Assembly (NCBI GenBank): GCA_963827235.1 | Contig: CAWHAE010000009.1 | Coordinates: forward strand, 864,001 to 928,000 | Direction of reading: 5' to 3' | DNA length: 64,000 nt | DNA from: an uncultured bacterium | Lineage (GTDB): Bacteria > Chloroflexota > UBA5177 > JANWHV01 | In this document: positions 49,216 to 58,854 of the stretch, piece after piece | Layout of the letters: every line of letters begins with the position of its first letter | Numbering within the stretch: the stretch's first letter is position 1 | Notes under the pieces: generated by a model | The model's database searches: none | What the model was told of the DNA's origin: nothing | What the model saw: the letters and a program-made list of their open reading frames with translations, nothing else | Program-made: the position numbers and the translations under genes

Positions 49216-50084
49216 TCCGTTCCCTCGCGGAACGAGATGCCGAAATAGCGCTTCTCGGCTCCCGTCTGCGTCACGATGGAAATCACGCCGCGTTCAGACT
49301 TGGTTCCAGTGCTGGCATGGAACTCGATCGTGGCACCGTCCTTCGTGATTGTGGTCCCGCTCTGATCCAGCAGATAGACGTCGCGGGCAAGCTCCTGCAC
49401 CGCGTACTCGCGCGTGCGACCGGGCATCAGGGTGAAGAGGTCGTAGAGCTCCCGCAGCGGCACAACCGAGCCGACATGGCGCTGCCCGGGGTTGCGCTCG
49501 ACGGCGATCCGGTACGCGGTCCACAGGGACTCCAGGAAGGCATCCGACTTGAAGCGCGGCTGTTGCTTCTGCCGGTCGCGCAACCCGCTCACCAGCACGG
49601 ATGGGCGGATGCGACGTTCCGGCTTGCGGTCGATCTTCACGGCGCGATCCGCGGCCGAGACGCTGATCAGCACGGGATAGCAATAGAGGCGATCGTCTTG
49701 CAGTACCAGTCGCAAGCCCTGTCTGCGCGCTTCCTCGAGAACCTCGTCGACGAATCCGCCGTCTCGCAGGTATGCCTCCTCGTCGAAGTCCCACGCCACT
49801 TCTATGCGCTGCACTTCATGGTCGAGCCCGTTCATGCTCTGGCGCACGGCTTCCGGAGCGGCGCGAAGCTTGCGCAGATCGCCGTCTCGCGCCGCCTTGC
49901 GCATACCCTTGATCGCTTTCACCACCTTGTCGGCGGTCTTCAGCACGGCCTCGGCGTTGGCTTCTGCCTGAGCAAGTGCTTCTTCCAGCGTTTGCGTGTG
50001 CTCGGCGGTAGTCACGAGCGCGCGAATCCTTCTTTCTTCGTCGCAATCACCAGGAAAGCGAGCATCCATCCCATGATAGCCCAT
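49212..50084 (-). CDS. Uncharacterised protein, N-terminal coiled coil and possible C-terminal winged helix; first gene of the ATPase/helicase operon
   Basis: Open frame with ATGA overlap into the next gene; start may be GTG 50015. Confidence 0.75.
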   Translation of the reverse strand: MGYHGMDARFPGDCDEERRIRALVTTAEHTQTLEEALAQAEANAEAVLKTADKVVKAIKGMRKAARDGDLRKLRAAPEAVRQSMNGLDHEVQRIEVAWDFDEEAYLRDGGFVDEVLEEARRQGLRLVLQDDRLYCYPVLISVSAADRAVKIDRKPERRIRPSVLVSGLRDRQKQQPRFKSDAFLESLWTAYRIAVERNPGQRHVGSVVPLRELYDLFTLMPGRTREYAVQELARDVYLLDQSGTTITKDGATIEFHASTGTKSERGVISIVTQTGAEKRYFGISFREGTE

Positions 50085-50450
50085 CTCCGAGAAGTGGGCC
50101 TGTACGCGCTTACCCTCTTCTTGGCGTTCTCTACGGCCGCTCTCAGCCTATCCTCACATGGCCTTAGCTACCGCGTTCACACTGGGGGAAAAGTGGCCGG
50201 GCTGCAGGCTCAACGCCGCGCAGGACAAACATCACGACCGGGAATACGCCGATGAGCACTCAGGTCTTTCGGGCAACTGACGGCCACGTACCGTGCTTGG
50301 CGCCGACCGGAGCCGGATCTGAGGCCGCGCAGTCGCCCGGCACGCTTCGGGGAGCAATCTGCTCGTAGTCATGCGCGTTACCGGCCCCGCAGTACCATAT
50401 CCATGCGGCTCGGCTTCGCAATCCGGCGCAGGGTGCCGATTCACCATCAA

Positions 50451-51375
50451 TCACGCCGGAGCCATGACCGGCGAGGGAATGTCGTTCGTCTGGGAAGCCA
50501 GCAGGGAGCGCGTGAGGTCGATGAAGGCGCGAAGAGCGGGTGACAGCCACTTGTCGCGATGCCAGGCTAGCTGTGTGGTCAGCCCGTAGTCGCCGGCACT
50601 CCATGGCAATCTGACCAGCCGCCCCTGAGCGAGCTCGGATTCGACGGCGAGCAGCGGCAGGAAGCTCGATGCCCATGCCCGCCATCACGCACTGCTTGAT
50701 CGCTTCCACGCTGCCGAACTCCAGGATCTGCCCCGAGACCGAGCTTTCCCTGAGCGTAGCCTGGAACAGCTCGCGGTAGACGCAACCGGCCTCGGTCAGG
50801 AGCAGCGTTTCGCCCTGCACGTGGCGCGGGTGCACCACGGACAGCTTGGCCAGCGGATGGCTCGGGTAGGTGACCACGGCAAGGGGCTCGTGCGCGAGAT
50901 CCTGCACGACCAGATTGCCCGTGTGCAGCGGTTTCGCCAGGAGAATGCCGACGTCCAGCTTGCCTTCCACGAGCAGATGCGGCAAGTCGGCATCGGTATC
51001 CGGGCGGAAGGTGAGCTGGACTTTCGGATATCGCTCGCGGAATCGGAACAGCACAGGCGGCAGGCGGTAGGTGCAGAGTGATTCGGGTGCTCCTACCGTG
51101 AGCGTGCCGCCCGGCTCCTGGTAATCCGGTATGGCCAGCTTGGCTTCCTCTACCAGCCGCAGGAGCTGCTCGGCATAGGGGATGAACCGCCGCCCGGCGG
51201 AGGAGAGCACCACGCGCTTGCCCAGCCGCTCGAACAGTGGTACGCCGAGCTCCTCTTCCAGATCGCGAATCTGCGCCGTGACGCTCGACTGCGCGTAGTC
51301 CAACGCCTCCGCGGATCGGGTGAAGTTGAGCGTCGAGGCGACCGATAGGAAGGTCGTCAGCCGCTGCAGGTCCAT
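50451..51375 (-). pseudogene. LysR-family regulator with a +1 frameshift near 50667
   Basis: Canonical HTH; 'ATC G AGC TTC CTG CCG' - removing one G restores 'GMGISFLPLLAV...WHRDKWLSPALRAFI' ending at TGA 50451; LysR box ATC-N9-GAT at 51417-51431. Confidence 0.85.
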
Positions 51376-51506
51376 GTCGCCCTTAATCGCCTATGGCGTT
51401 CGATACATTCGCTACAATCGTTTGTGGCGATGATACACCTGTGCTAGTGTGGGAGCAAGGAGACAAGACCGATCGAGCTCATGCAGCCTCGAGCGAGGAG
51501 AGTGCA

Positions 51507-51785
51507 ATGTCGACGATGCCATTTCTTTCACCGACCACCCTGCGTGCCGATGCCTGGGAGCGCGAGATGCTGCGCTCGCTCGTGCTGGCCGACAGGCTGG
51601 GCGTCCACCTGTCGCCATCCGTGCTCGCGGAGTATGACGTGCGAGACCTGCAGCGCCTCCAGTGGGCGCTGAAGACGGCCGACGAAAAGCCCGGCTGGTG
51701 GCACCGCATTCGCGGACGGTGGTCGCAGTCGCCGGCGCGCGGACTGTTCTTCCGCGCGGTCGCCACGGGCAGCCGCCCGGCTTGA
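51507..51785 (+). CDS. Small hypothetical protein divergent from LysR
   Basis: GAGGAG RBS before ATG 51507; lies where a LysR target is expected. Confidence 0.55.
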   Translation: MSTMPFLSPTTLRADAWEREMLRSLVLADRLGVHLSPSVLAEYDVRDLQRLQWALKTADEKPGWWHRIRGRWSQSPARGLFFRAVATGSRPA

Positions 51786-51974
51786 CGGGCGGAACGCGTC
51801 GGGCAGCGGGGCGGCGGTCTCACCGCGATGCAGGCTCTGACGGGCGCTCCCGGAGGCGGCCGAGACGGCCGCGGTCCCGGGATTGCCGGAGTGTAGCCCT
51901 GAGTCGCCGAGTGGATGCTCGAGCCGGCCCCGGCTCTTGCCAGCGCACGGCTCGGTAGTGCATGCTAAGCCTGT

Positions 51975-53363
51975 ATGAACGCCGAGTTGGAGAGGCGCAT
52001 CCGCGAGCGCACGGCGCAGGTCTGCGTGATTGGCCTGGGCTACGTCGGGCTGCCCCTGGCAACGGAGTTCGCCGAGGCCGGCTACCACGTGGTCGGTGTC
52101 GACCTGGACACGACCAAGATCGAGTCGCTGCGCGCCGGCACGAGCTACATTCCGGACGTGCCGTCCAGCCGCCTGGCGCCGCTGGTGCAGGTTGGCAAGC
52201 TGTCGGCGACCACCGACTATCAGGCGCTCGACCCATCGCCGGACGCGGTGTTCATCTGCGTGCCCACGCCGTACACCACCTTGAAGGTGCCCGATCTGAG
52301 CTATATCACGGAAGCCGCACGCGCCATCGCCGCGGCGCTGCGACCGGGCCAGCTCGTGGTGCTCGAGAGCACGACGTACCCGGGCACCACGGAGGAGCTG
52401 GTGCTTCCCATCCTGGAGGGGGCGGGCGACCTCATGCACGAGCGCGATTTCTTCCTTGCCTTCTCGCCCGAGCGCATCGACCCCGGCCATTCGCACTACG
52501 ACATCGGTACCGTGACCAAGGTGGTGGGCGGGGCCGGACCCGAGGGCGGGCGGTTGGCCTTGCTGCTGTTCGAGAGCGTGGCGCCGGGGAAAGTGCACGC
52601 CGTGTCCTCGGCCCGGGCGGCGGAGATGGCCAAGCTGCTGGAGAACACCTTTCGCAGCGTGAACATCGCGCTGGTGAACGAGCTGGCCATGCTGGCCGAG
52701 CGGATGGGACTCGACATCTGGGAAGTGATCGACGCCGCGTCGACGAAGCCCTTCGGCTTCATGCCCTTCTATCCCGGCCCGGGCGTGGGCGGCCACTGCA
52801 TCCCGGTCGATCCGTTCTACCTGAGCTGGAAGGCACGCGAGTTCGACTTCTACACGCGGTTCGTGGAGCTGGCAGCGGAGACGAACGACAACATGCCGTT
52901 CCACACCGTCGACCTGATCGCCAGGGCGCTGGACAGTCATCAGCGATCGGTCAACGGCTCGCGCATTCTGGCCCTGGGCGTGGCGTTCAAGCGCGACGTC
53001 GACGACGCGCGCAATTCGCCGTCGCAGCGCGTGATCGAGCTGTTGCGCACGCGGGGTGCCGACGTACGCTACCACGATCCGCATGTGCCGGTGTTTCGCG
53101 TCTCCGGCACGGTGTTCGGCAAGAACGGATCCACGGACCTGCGATCCGTGCCGCTCTCGGATGAAGAGCTGGGTGAGGCGGATGCCGTGGTCGTCCTGGT
53201 AGCGCACAGCGCGATCGACTTCACCCGGGTTGCCCGTGGCGCGCAGATCCTGGTGGACACGACGGGCGCCACTCGGCAATCTTCCCGTGCGGATATCTGG
53301 CGTCTCGGCGCCCCTGCTCCGAGCGGAGAGGCGGGGCGCCGCGCCGGCGTAGCCACTCCTTGA
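51975..53363 (+). CDS. UDP-N-acetylhexosamine 6-dehydrogenase family (WecC/WbpA-like)
   Basis: 'GLGYVGLP', 'ICVPTP', 'ESTTYPGTT', 'SPERIDPG', 'KLLENTFR.VNIA', 'GVGGHCIPVDP', 'DARNSP'. Confidence 0.95.
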   Translation: MNAELERRIRERTAQVCVIGLGYVGLPLATEFAEAGYHVVGVDLDTTKIESLRAGTSYIPDVPSSRLAPLVQVGKLSATTDYQALDPSPDAVFICVPTPYTTLKVPDLSYITEAARAIAAALRPGQLVVLESTTYPGTTEELVLPILEGAGDLMHERDFFLAFSPERIDPGHSHYDIGTVTKVVGGAGPEGGRLALLLFESVAPGKVHAVSSARAAEMAKLLENTFRSVNIALVNELAMLAERMGLDIWEVIDAASTKPFGFMPFYPGPGVGGHCIPVDPFYLSWKAREFDFYTRFVELAAETNDNMPFHTVDLIARALDSHQRSVNGSRILALGVAFKRDVDDARNSPSQRVIELLRTRGADVRYHDPHVPVFRVSGTVFGKNGSTDLRSVPLSDEELGEADAVVVLVAHSAIDFTRVARGAQILVDTTGATRQSSRADIWRLGAPAPSGEAGRRAGVATP

Positions 53364-53848
53364 CGGCTGTCCCGACAGCGCGACATACTGGGCGTGATCC
53401 ATCGTGGCTCCGCTTGGTTGAAGGGAGTGGCACCTTGGCATTGGTCCCTACAATGGGCAGCGCTCAAGAGGTCGGGCAGATCGACGAGCCGGCAACCAGT
53501 GTGAGCTAGCGCCAGACGGGTTCCTCGCATCGCCGCTATGAGGCAGTCATTGCCTGGCACGGCTGGTTCTCTCCTCGTATCGCCGTCTGAGCAATGGGTC
53601 GCCGGTGCGTTGTCGTTGTGCCCTCACGGCCAGCTCGGTAGAGGACGTATTTCCGTGCCCTGAAGCAGCGTCGGGCCCGGATCCAGGTGTCTCGCCGCCA
53701 CGGCCGGCATCGGATGGACGCTCCGGGACTCACCTCGGGAGGCCCGGTGCGCCTGCGCGTGTCCCGCCCCTGACCCGATGGCAGGATCTCTTGACGCTAC
53801 CCCTCATGCTGCCGTCACTTCTTTGCACAGTGAAGCGCGGAGGGACAG

Positions 53849-55106
53849 ATGCGCACTATAGGCGCCTACCCGATCTACCTCGTACTCAACGGCACGATGT
53901 CGCTGTCCTTGTCGATGGTGTTCGCCATCGAGATGGTCTACCAGATCAGGGGTGTGGGGCTCAACCCACTGCAGCTCGTGCTGGTCGGCACCGTGCTGCA
54001 ATGCGTGCATCTCGTGTTCCAGACCCCGATGGGCATACTGGCCGACATCTACAGCCGCCGGCTGGCAGTAGTGATTGGATTGCTGCTGCTCGGGATCGGC
54101 TACGTGGTCGAGGGCGCGCAGGCCTCGTATGTGGCCGTACTTGCGGGCACGGCAATCGGCGCGTTCGGTTACACAATCATCAGCGGCGCCGACTCGGCAT
54201 GGATCGCCGACGAGCTGGGCACGGACCGCGCGGGTCACGCTTACCTGCGGGCGGCGCAGGTGGGATTTGTCGCCGGTCTGCCGGCTATCGCGATCAGCGC
54301 GGCGCTCGGCAGTGTACGTCTCAATCTGCCGATCGTCCTGGCCGGCAGCCTGTTCATCCTGCTGAGCATCTTCCTGGCGCTGCTGATGCCGGAGCAGCAT
54401 TTTTCACCGGCCGGTCGCGCGGATCGCTCCTCCTGGCAGCAGATGGCGCACATCCTGCGGGCCGGCCTGCACCTGGTTCGTCTGCGACCGGCCTTACTCA
54501 CCATCCTCGGTATAGGAGTGTGCTACAGCGTGTTCTCCGCCGGCTTCGATCGACTGTGGTCGTTTCACCTGCTGGCACACTTCACCTTTCCCACGGCCGG
54601 CGGGCTGACCGTGGTGATCTGGTTCGGCATCATCGAGGCCGGGATCAACGTGGCGGGTTTGGTCGGCACCGAGCTTGCCAGGCGACGGGTCGACTGGAGC
54701 AGTCGTCGTGCCGTGGTTTGGGCGCTGTTCTCCGTGGACGTGCTGACGCTCGCACTCGTGACAGGGTTCGCGGTCGCCCGGCAGATCGGTCCGGCGCTGG
54801 CGTTGTTCTGGCTCACGACGGTGGCGCGCAGTCCCCGCGGGCCGCTGGAGACGACGTGGATGAACCTGGAGCTCGAATCCGGCCGTGCGGGCTACGGTCT
54901 TCTCCCTGCGCGCGCAGATCGGCGCCCTGGCCGGGATTGCCGGCGGACCCCTGCTGGGTGCTATCGCCACGGATCACGGCACTGTCGCATCGCTGATCGC
55001 GGCTTCCGCAGCCATCGTGCCGGCCCTGTGGCTCTACAGGCGGTCGCTCAAGCGGGGTGAGGGGAATGGGAATGGCCCGGTGCCGCGTAGCCGCTCACAT
55101 GAGTGA
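53849..55106 (+). pseudogene. TetA(P)-like MFS transporter with a frameshift near 54880
   Basis: 'LNPLQLVLVGTVL', 'P.GILADIYSRR', 'SGADSAWIADE', 'GFDRLW'; the natural tail 'VRATVFSLRAQIGALAGIAGGPLLG' lies in another frame (54885-55106). Confidence 0.8.
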
Positions 55107-55690
55107 CGCGGAGCGATTCCGGCAGCAGCTGGCCGAGAAGCGGATCTGCGAAAACTGGCCGGGCGCGCGGGTGATCGACGGTTGAGCAGCCGGCACTCAG
55201 GGCCGCGAGTGGCGGGAGGGGAGGGAACGGCAACGGTACCTCCCGCTGCGGCAGGAAGGAAGGGACGGGGCTGGCCGCGGCCGGTTGTGGCGCGCGAGAT
55301 GAATTCAGTCCGCTGGGATGGCGCGGCCTCAGCGGCGCTATCGGGGACTTCGGTCCCAGGTGGATCGGGGGACTTTGGCCTGCGGTTGCGATCGCCATGG
55401 CAGCAAAGGGGAGGCTGCGGTCCTGGGTTGGCGCGGGCTGCCGGCCTCTGGCGGCGACCGGGTGCGCCGGCGGGGGAGTTGGTGCGTCTGAGCGGCAGTG
55501 GTGAGGAGAACTGTCCCAGTGGAAGGGCGCGCAGTATCCAGCGATGGGGCGTGAGGCTGCGATGAGCGGTGCCTTCGCCGCGGCAAGTCAGGACGCCAGG
55601 CGTCACGACGTCAGGGCATCGGGAAGTCGGGCGCCCGGATGTTGGGACTCAACCCTTGCGCGCGACGGCACCGTCCACTAAAATTGACGA

Positions 55691-56257
55691 ATGGCTACTA
55701 CTGTAGATAGATCGGGCACGCAGCTTGCTCGCCGGTTGCGCCTGGAGCGGGACGCGCGGGGCTGGTCCCTGGCGGATCTGGCCGACCGCTCGGGTGTGTC
55801 CAAGGCGACGATCAGCAAGATCGAGCGCGAGGAGGTGAGCCCAACCGCCGTCATCCTGGTCCGGCTGGCCGGCGCCTTCGATCTGACCCTGGCGGGCCTG
55901 CTGCTGCGCGCGGAGGGTGAGGGGGACCGGCTGTCGCGATCGGCAGAGCAGCCGGTCTGGCGCGACCCTGAAACGGGCTACGTGCGCAGGCAGGTGTTCT
56001 GCCGGCCCGATCACCCGCTGGAGATCGTTCGGGTCGAGCTGCCGGCCGGGCGCCGGGTCGTGCTGCCGGCCTCCTCTTACGCGCACATCCGCCAGGCCGT
56101 TTGGGTGCAGTCGGGCGATCTGACCCTCTGGGAAGGCGGCGATCGGTATCTGCTTGGTGCCGGCGACTGCCTGGGGTTCGGTCCGCCGTCCGCGGTGACC
56201 TTCGCCAACGATACCGCCGTGCCATGCGTCTATGTCGTGGCACTGGCTCGAGGCTAG
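55691..56257 (+). CDS. XRE-family HTH regulator with C-terminal cupin
   Basis: 'WSLADLADRSGVSKATISKIER', 'WRDPETGYVRRQV', 'GDCLGFGPP'. Confidence 0.92.
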   Translation: MATTVDRSGTQLARRLRLERDARGWSLADLADRSGVSKATISKIEREEVSPTAVILVRLAGAFDLTLAGLLLRAEGEGDRLSRSAEQPVWRDPETGYVRRQVFCRPDHPLEIVRVELPAGRRVVLPASSYAHIRQAVWVQSGDLTLWEGGDRYLLGAGDCLGFGPPSAVTFANDTAVPCVYVVALARG

Positions 56258-56262
56258 CGGCC

Positions 56263-56835
56263 ATGGCGGAGATCAGCATTGCGCCACTGACCGGCTCGCC
56301 GGGGATCCGCGGGGCGCTGAGCGAGATCCTGGTCGAAGTGGTGGCGAACGGCGGCTCGGTGAGCTTCATGCACCCGCTGGCCCTGGAGGCGGCGGGAAGA
56401 TTCTGGGAGAGCGCGCTTGTCTCCGCTGCTCGGGCTGAACGGATTATCCTGGGCGCCTTCGACGGCGAGTGCCTGGTGGGGACGGTGACCCTGCTGCTCA
56501 ACTGCCCGCCCAATCAACCGCACCGGGCCGAGATCGCCAAGCTGATGACCCGCCTGAGCCATCGCGGCCGAGGAGTGGCGACGGCACTGATGGAAGCTGC
56601 CGAGCGCGCCGCAGTCGAGCGGGGACGAACACTGCTTGTGCTGGACACCGCGGCCGAGGGCGGCGCCTCCAGGCTGTACGAGGCTTTGGGATATACGCTG
56701 GCAGGCGTGATTCCGGACTACGCCCTCAAGCCGCACGGCGGTCTGACCGCGACCAGGATTTACTGGAAGCGGATCGGAGCGCGGTGCTCTGAGCTGCCGT
56801 CGCCAAGCCCCCTACACTCGGATGGCAGCGGATGA
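56263..56835 (+). CDS. GNAT N-acetyltransferase
   Basis: 'GGSVSFMHPL', 'PNQPHRAEIAKL', acetyl-CoA motif 'RGRGVA', 'LLVLDT', 'IPDYA'. Confidence 0.92.
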   Translation: MAEISIAPLTGSPGIRGALSEILVEVVANGGSVSFMHPLALEAAGRFWESALVSAARAERIILGAFDGECLVGTVTLLLNCPPNQPHRAEIAKLMTRLSHRGRGVATALMEAAERAAVERGRTLLVLDTAAEGGASRLYEALGYTLAGVIPDYALKPHGGLTATRIYWKRIGARCSELPSPSPLHSDGSG

Positions 56836-56941
56836 GGCGACACAAGGAAGTGGCTGGGACGGACAGCTGCCCAAGGATAACGAAGGTCGTCGAGCAGCCC
56901 GGCCGGATCCTGCCGAGGGACCGTGGGTAGCGCGCGCCGTC

Positions 56942-57694
56942 TCACGTCCAGCGGATGCGCACCATCTTCCGCCAGAGATCGAGCAGATCGACGTCGCCGC
57001 GCACGTCAAGCCCGTCATAGGTACGCCGGTTCCAGAGCAGAAGGTGTAGGTCTGAGGCGCCTGCGCACACCGTGCATTCGGCGGCAGCGGTCTCCAACCG
57101 GACCTCTATGCCTTCCGGCAGGATGTTGACGAGCCAGTCGCGGTCCGCGTCCGTAGCCTGCAGCGCCAGGGTCCTGTGCGTTTCGCTGCGCAGGCGGCCG
57201 CCGGGACGGCTGGCGAAGCCCAGCAGGATCTCGTCGATGCCGTCGGCAGCGAAGTCGGGCGGGTACGGCGTGATGCTGCCCGTGGCGCTCTCGACGTCGG
57301 CGCGGTGGATGCCGGTCTCGTGTGCCTGACGGCGGGCCCAGAAGGCCAGCGGGGACGGCGCGGCGAGAAAGGACCAGCAAGCGAGGTCCGCGGGCGCGCT
57401 TTCCAGCGCCTGCACGAGCGCGGCATGGCCGGCGCGGAACCACTCGATCAGGCGGTCGTCCGCGGGCGCGCTGTCGAAGCAGGCGTCTTCCTCCTCCTTG
57501 CTCGGCGGCACGGTCAGGCGCCCGGCGACGGAGGCGGTGGCCCAGCGATGGACGCCTCCGAGATGTCGCACCAGGTCGCGCATTCTCCAGTCGGGGCACG
57601 ACGGGATCGCCGCGGAGAACTCGGTACGCTCGGCGGCAGCGGCAAACAGGGCGCCTTCACGGCGCAGGGCGGCGATATGGGTCTTGATTTCCAT
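56942..57694 (-). CDS. Mycothiol-dependent maleylpyruvate isomerase (MDMPI/DinB-like) family protein
   Basis: 'PSCPDWRMRDLVRHLG', 'FWARRQAHETGIHRAD', 'ADGIDE', 'LLLWNR'. Confidence 0.9.
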   Translation of the reverse strand: MEIKTHIAALRREGALFAAAAERTEFSAAIPSCPDWRMRDLVRHLGGVHRWATASVAGRLTVPPSKEEEDACFDSAPADDRLIEWFRAGHAALVQALESAPADLACWSFLAAPSPLAFWARRQAHETGIHRADVESATGSITPYPPDFAADGIDEILLGFASRPGGRLRSETHRTLALQATDADRDWLVNILPEGIEVRLETAAAECTVCAGASDLHLLLWNRRTYDGLDVRGDVDLLDLWRKMVRIRWT

Positions 57695-57902
57695 GGAGCA
57701 GTCTATCCGTCCTTCCTGGTAATTCGGGCGTGCCGAGCGAGAGTGGGCGGCGGGCGGCGGTCTCGCGTGGCGTGCCTATGAGTGCACGATAGACCATGTG
57801 CGCGCACGGTCAAGCATTCTGTCCGGATAAGTGTGCGGACCGGCGCGGCGTCGTGGCAGTACCGTCCCGCGCGGCCCGCTACCGCGCCCGGAGAGCCGGG
57901 AC

Positions 57903-58670
57903 TCAGGACTGTATGGCCGCTCTGTCTGCAGCGATCAGCGCGCGCAGGGCGCCGGCGGCGGTCCGGATCATGGTATCCAGGTACGCGCCGGCAGTGGCCG
58001 CGGTGATCGCACCTTCGCCCACGGCGTTGACCACGACCAGGATGGTGCCGGCACGGAGGCTGCGGATGCTGCTGACCACGAACAGGGTAGCCGCCTCCAT
58101 ATCGGCACAGAGGACGCGCGCTTCGGACCACATGCGGTTGGCGCTACCGCCGCCCAGGGCGTTGATCGGGATGCTGTGCGGCGCCAGGTCGGCGTAGAGC
58201 GCATCGCTGGAGCGAACGACACCCGTGTAGGCGCGCGCGCCCTGTGCCCGCGCGCTCTCCTGCAGGGCGAGCACGGTATCGAGATGCGCCACCGCGGGGT
58301 AGCTCAGGGGCAGATACTGGCTGCTGGTGCCCTCGTCGCGCACGGCGGCCTGCGCGATCACGAGGTCGCCGTTGCGCAGGTAGTTCTGCATGGCCCCGCT
58401 CGTGCCGACGCGAATCAGGGTATCGGCCCCGATGGCGGCCAGCTCCTCTACCGCGATCGCGGTAGAGGGCCCACCGATGCCGGTAGAGGTCACGGAGACG
58501 CGCTCGCCGTCCAGGGAACCGGTGTAGGTGGTGAACTCACGGTTCTGCGCTATCAGCCGCGCGTCGTCGAACTGGGCCGCGATCGGCGCGCACCGCCCCG
58601 GGTCTCCCGGCAGCAGGACGTACCGGCCGACATCGCCGGGCTTGCAGCGAATGTGATATTGCTCGTTCAC
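57903..58670 (-). CDS. udp: Uridine/nucleoside phosphorylase
   Basis: 'YHI', 'LLPGDPGR', 'NREFTTYTG', 'STGIGGPS', 'IRVGTSG', 'DEGTS', 'DMEAATLF'; GTG start. Confidence 0.88.
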   Translation of the reverse strand: MNEQYHIRCKPGDVGRYVLLPGDPGRCAPIAAQFDDARLIAQNREFTTYTGSLDGERVSVTSTGIGGPSTAIAVEELAAIGADTLIRVGTSGAMQNYLRNGDLVIAQAAVRDEGTSSQYLPLSYPAVAHLDTVLALQESARAQGARAYTGVVRSSDALYADLAPHSIPINALGGGSANRMWSEARVLCADMEAATLFVVSSIRSLRAGTILVVVNAVGEGAITAATAGAYLDTMIRTAAGALRALIAADRAAIQS

Positions 58671-58854
58671 CTTGTCCCCCCCCTTGCGCTCGACGCCTCC
58701 GTGGCGTCCTTCCGTGGCCAGCCCGCCCTCGTGCTGGCTGTACGGTACCGGCAGCGCAAGCTCGGCGGCAAGGAGGGTCCGCGCCGCGCCCGCTTCCCTA
58801 TAGTCAGGCCCAAGGTGGTGGGCAGCACGACCACCTACCACTGGCGCAGCGCCA

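Noticed and set aside
44603-50084. Calling this operon BREX or Shango
   Set aside because: No PglX, PglZ, BrxC, PglW or TerB-like gene in the window; helicase is SNF2-type and the ATPase is duplicated
50260-50450. Extended C-terminus of the 371-aa LysR ORF
   Set aside because: Out-of-frame read-through after the frameshift near 50667
55107-55690. G-rich 580-bp gap as ncRNA or gene
   Set aside because: No RNA family, repeat unit or credible ORF recognised; an Rfam scan would be needed
57831-58814. N-terminal third of the 914-aa ORF 57831-60575
   Set aside because: Mostly antisense to the uridine phosphorylase gene; RHS-like sequence only starts near 58815
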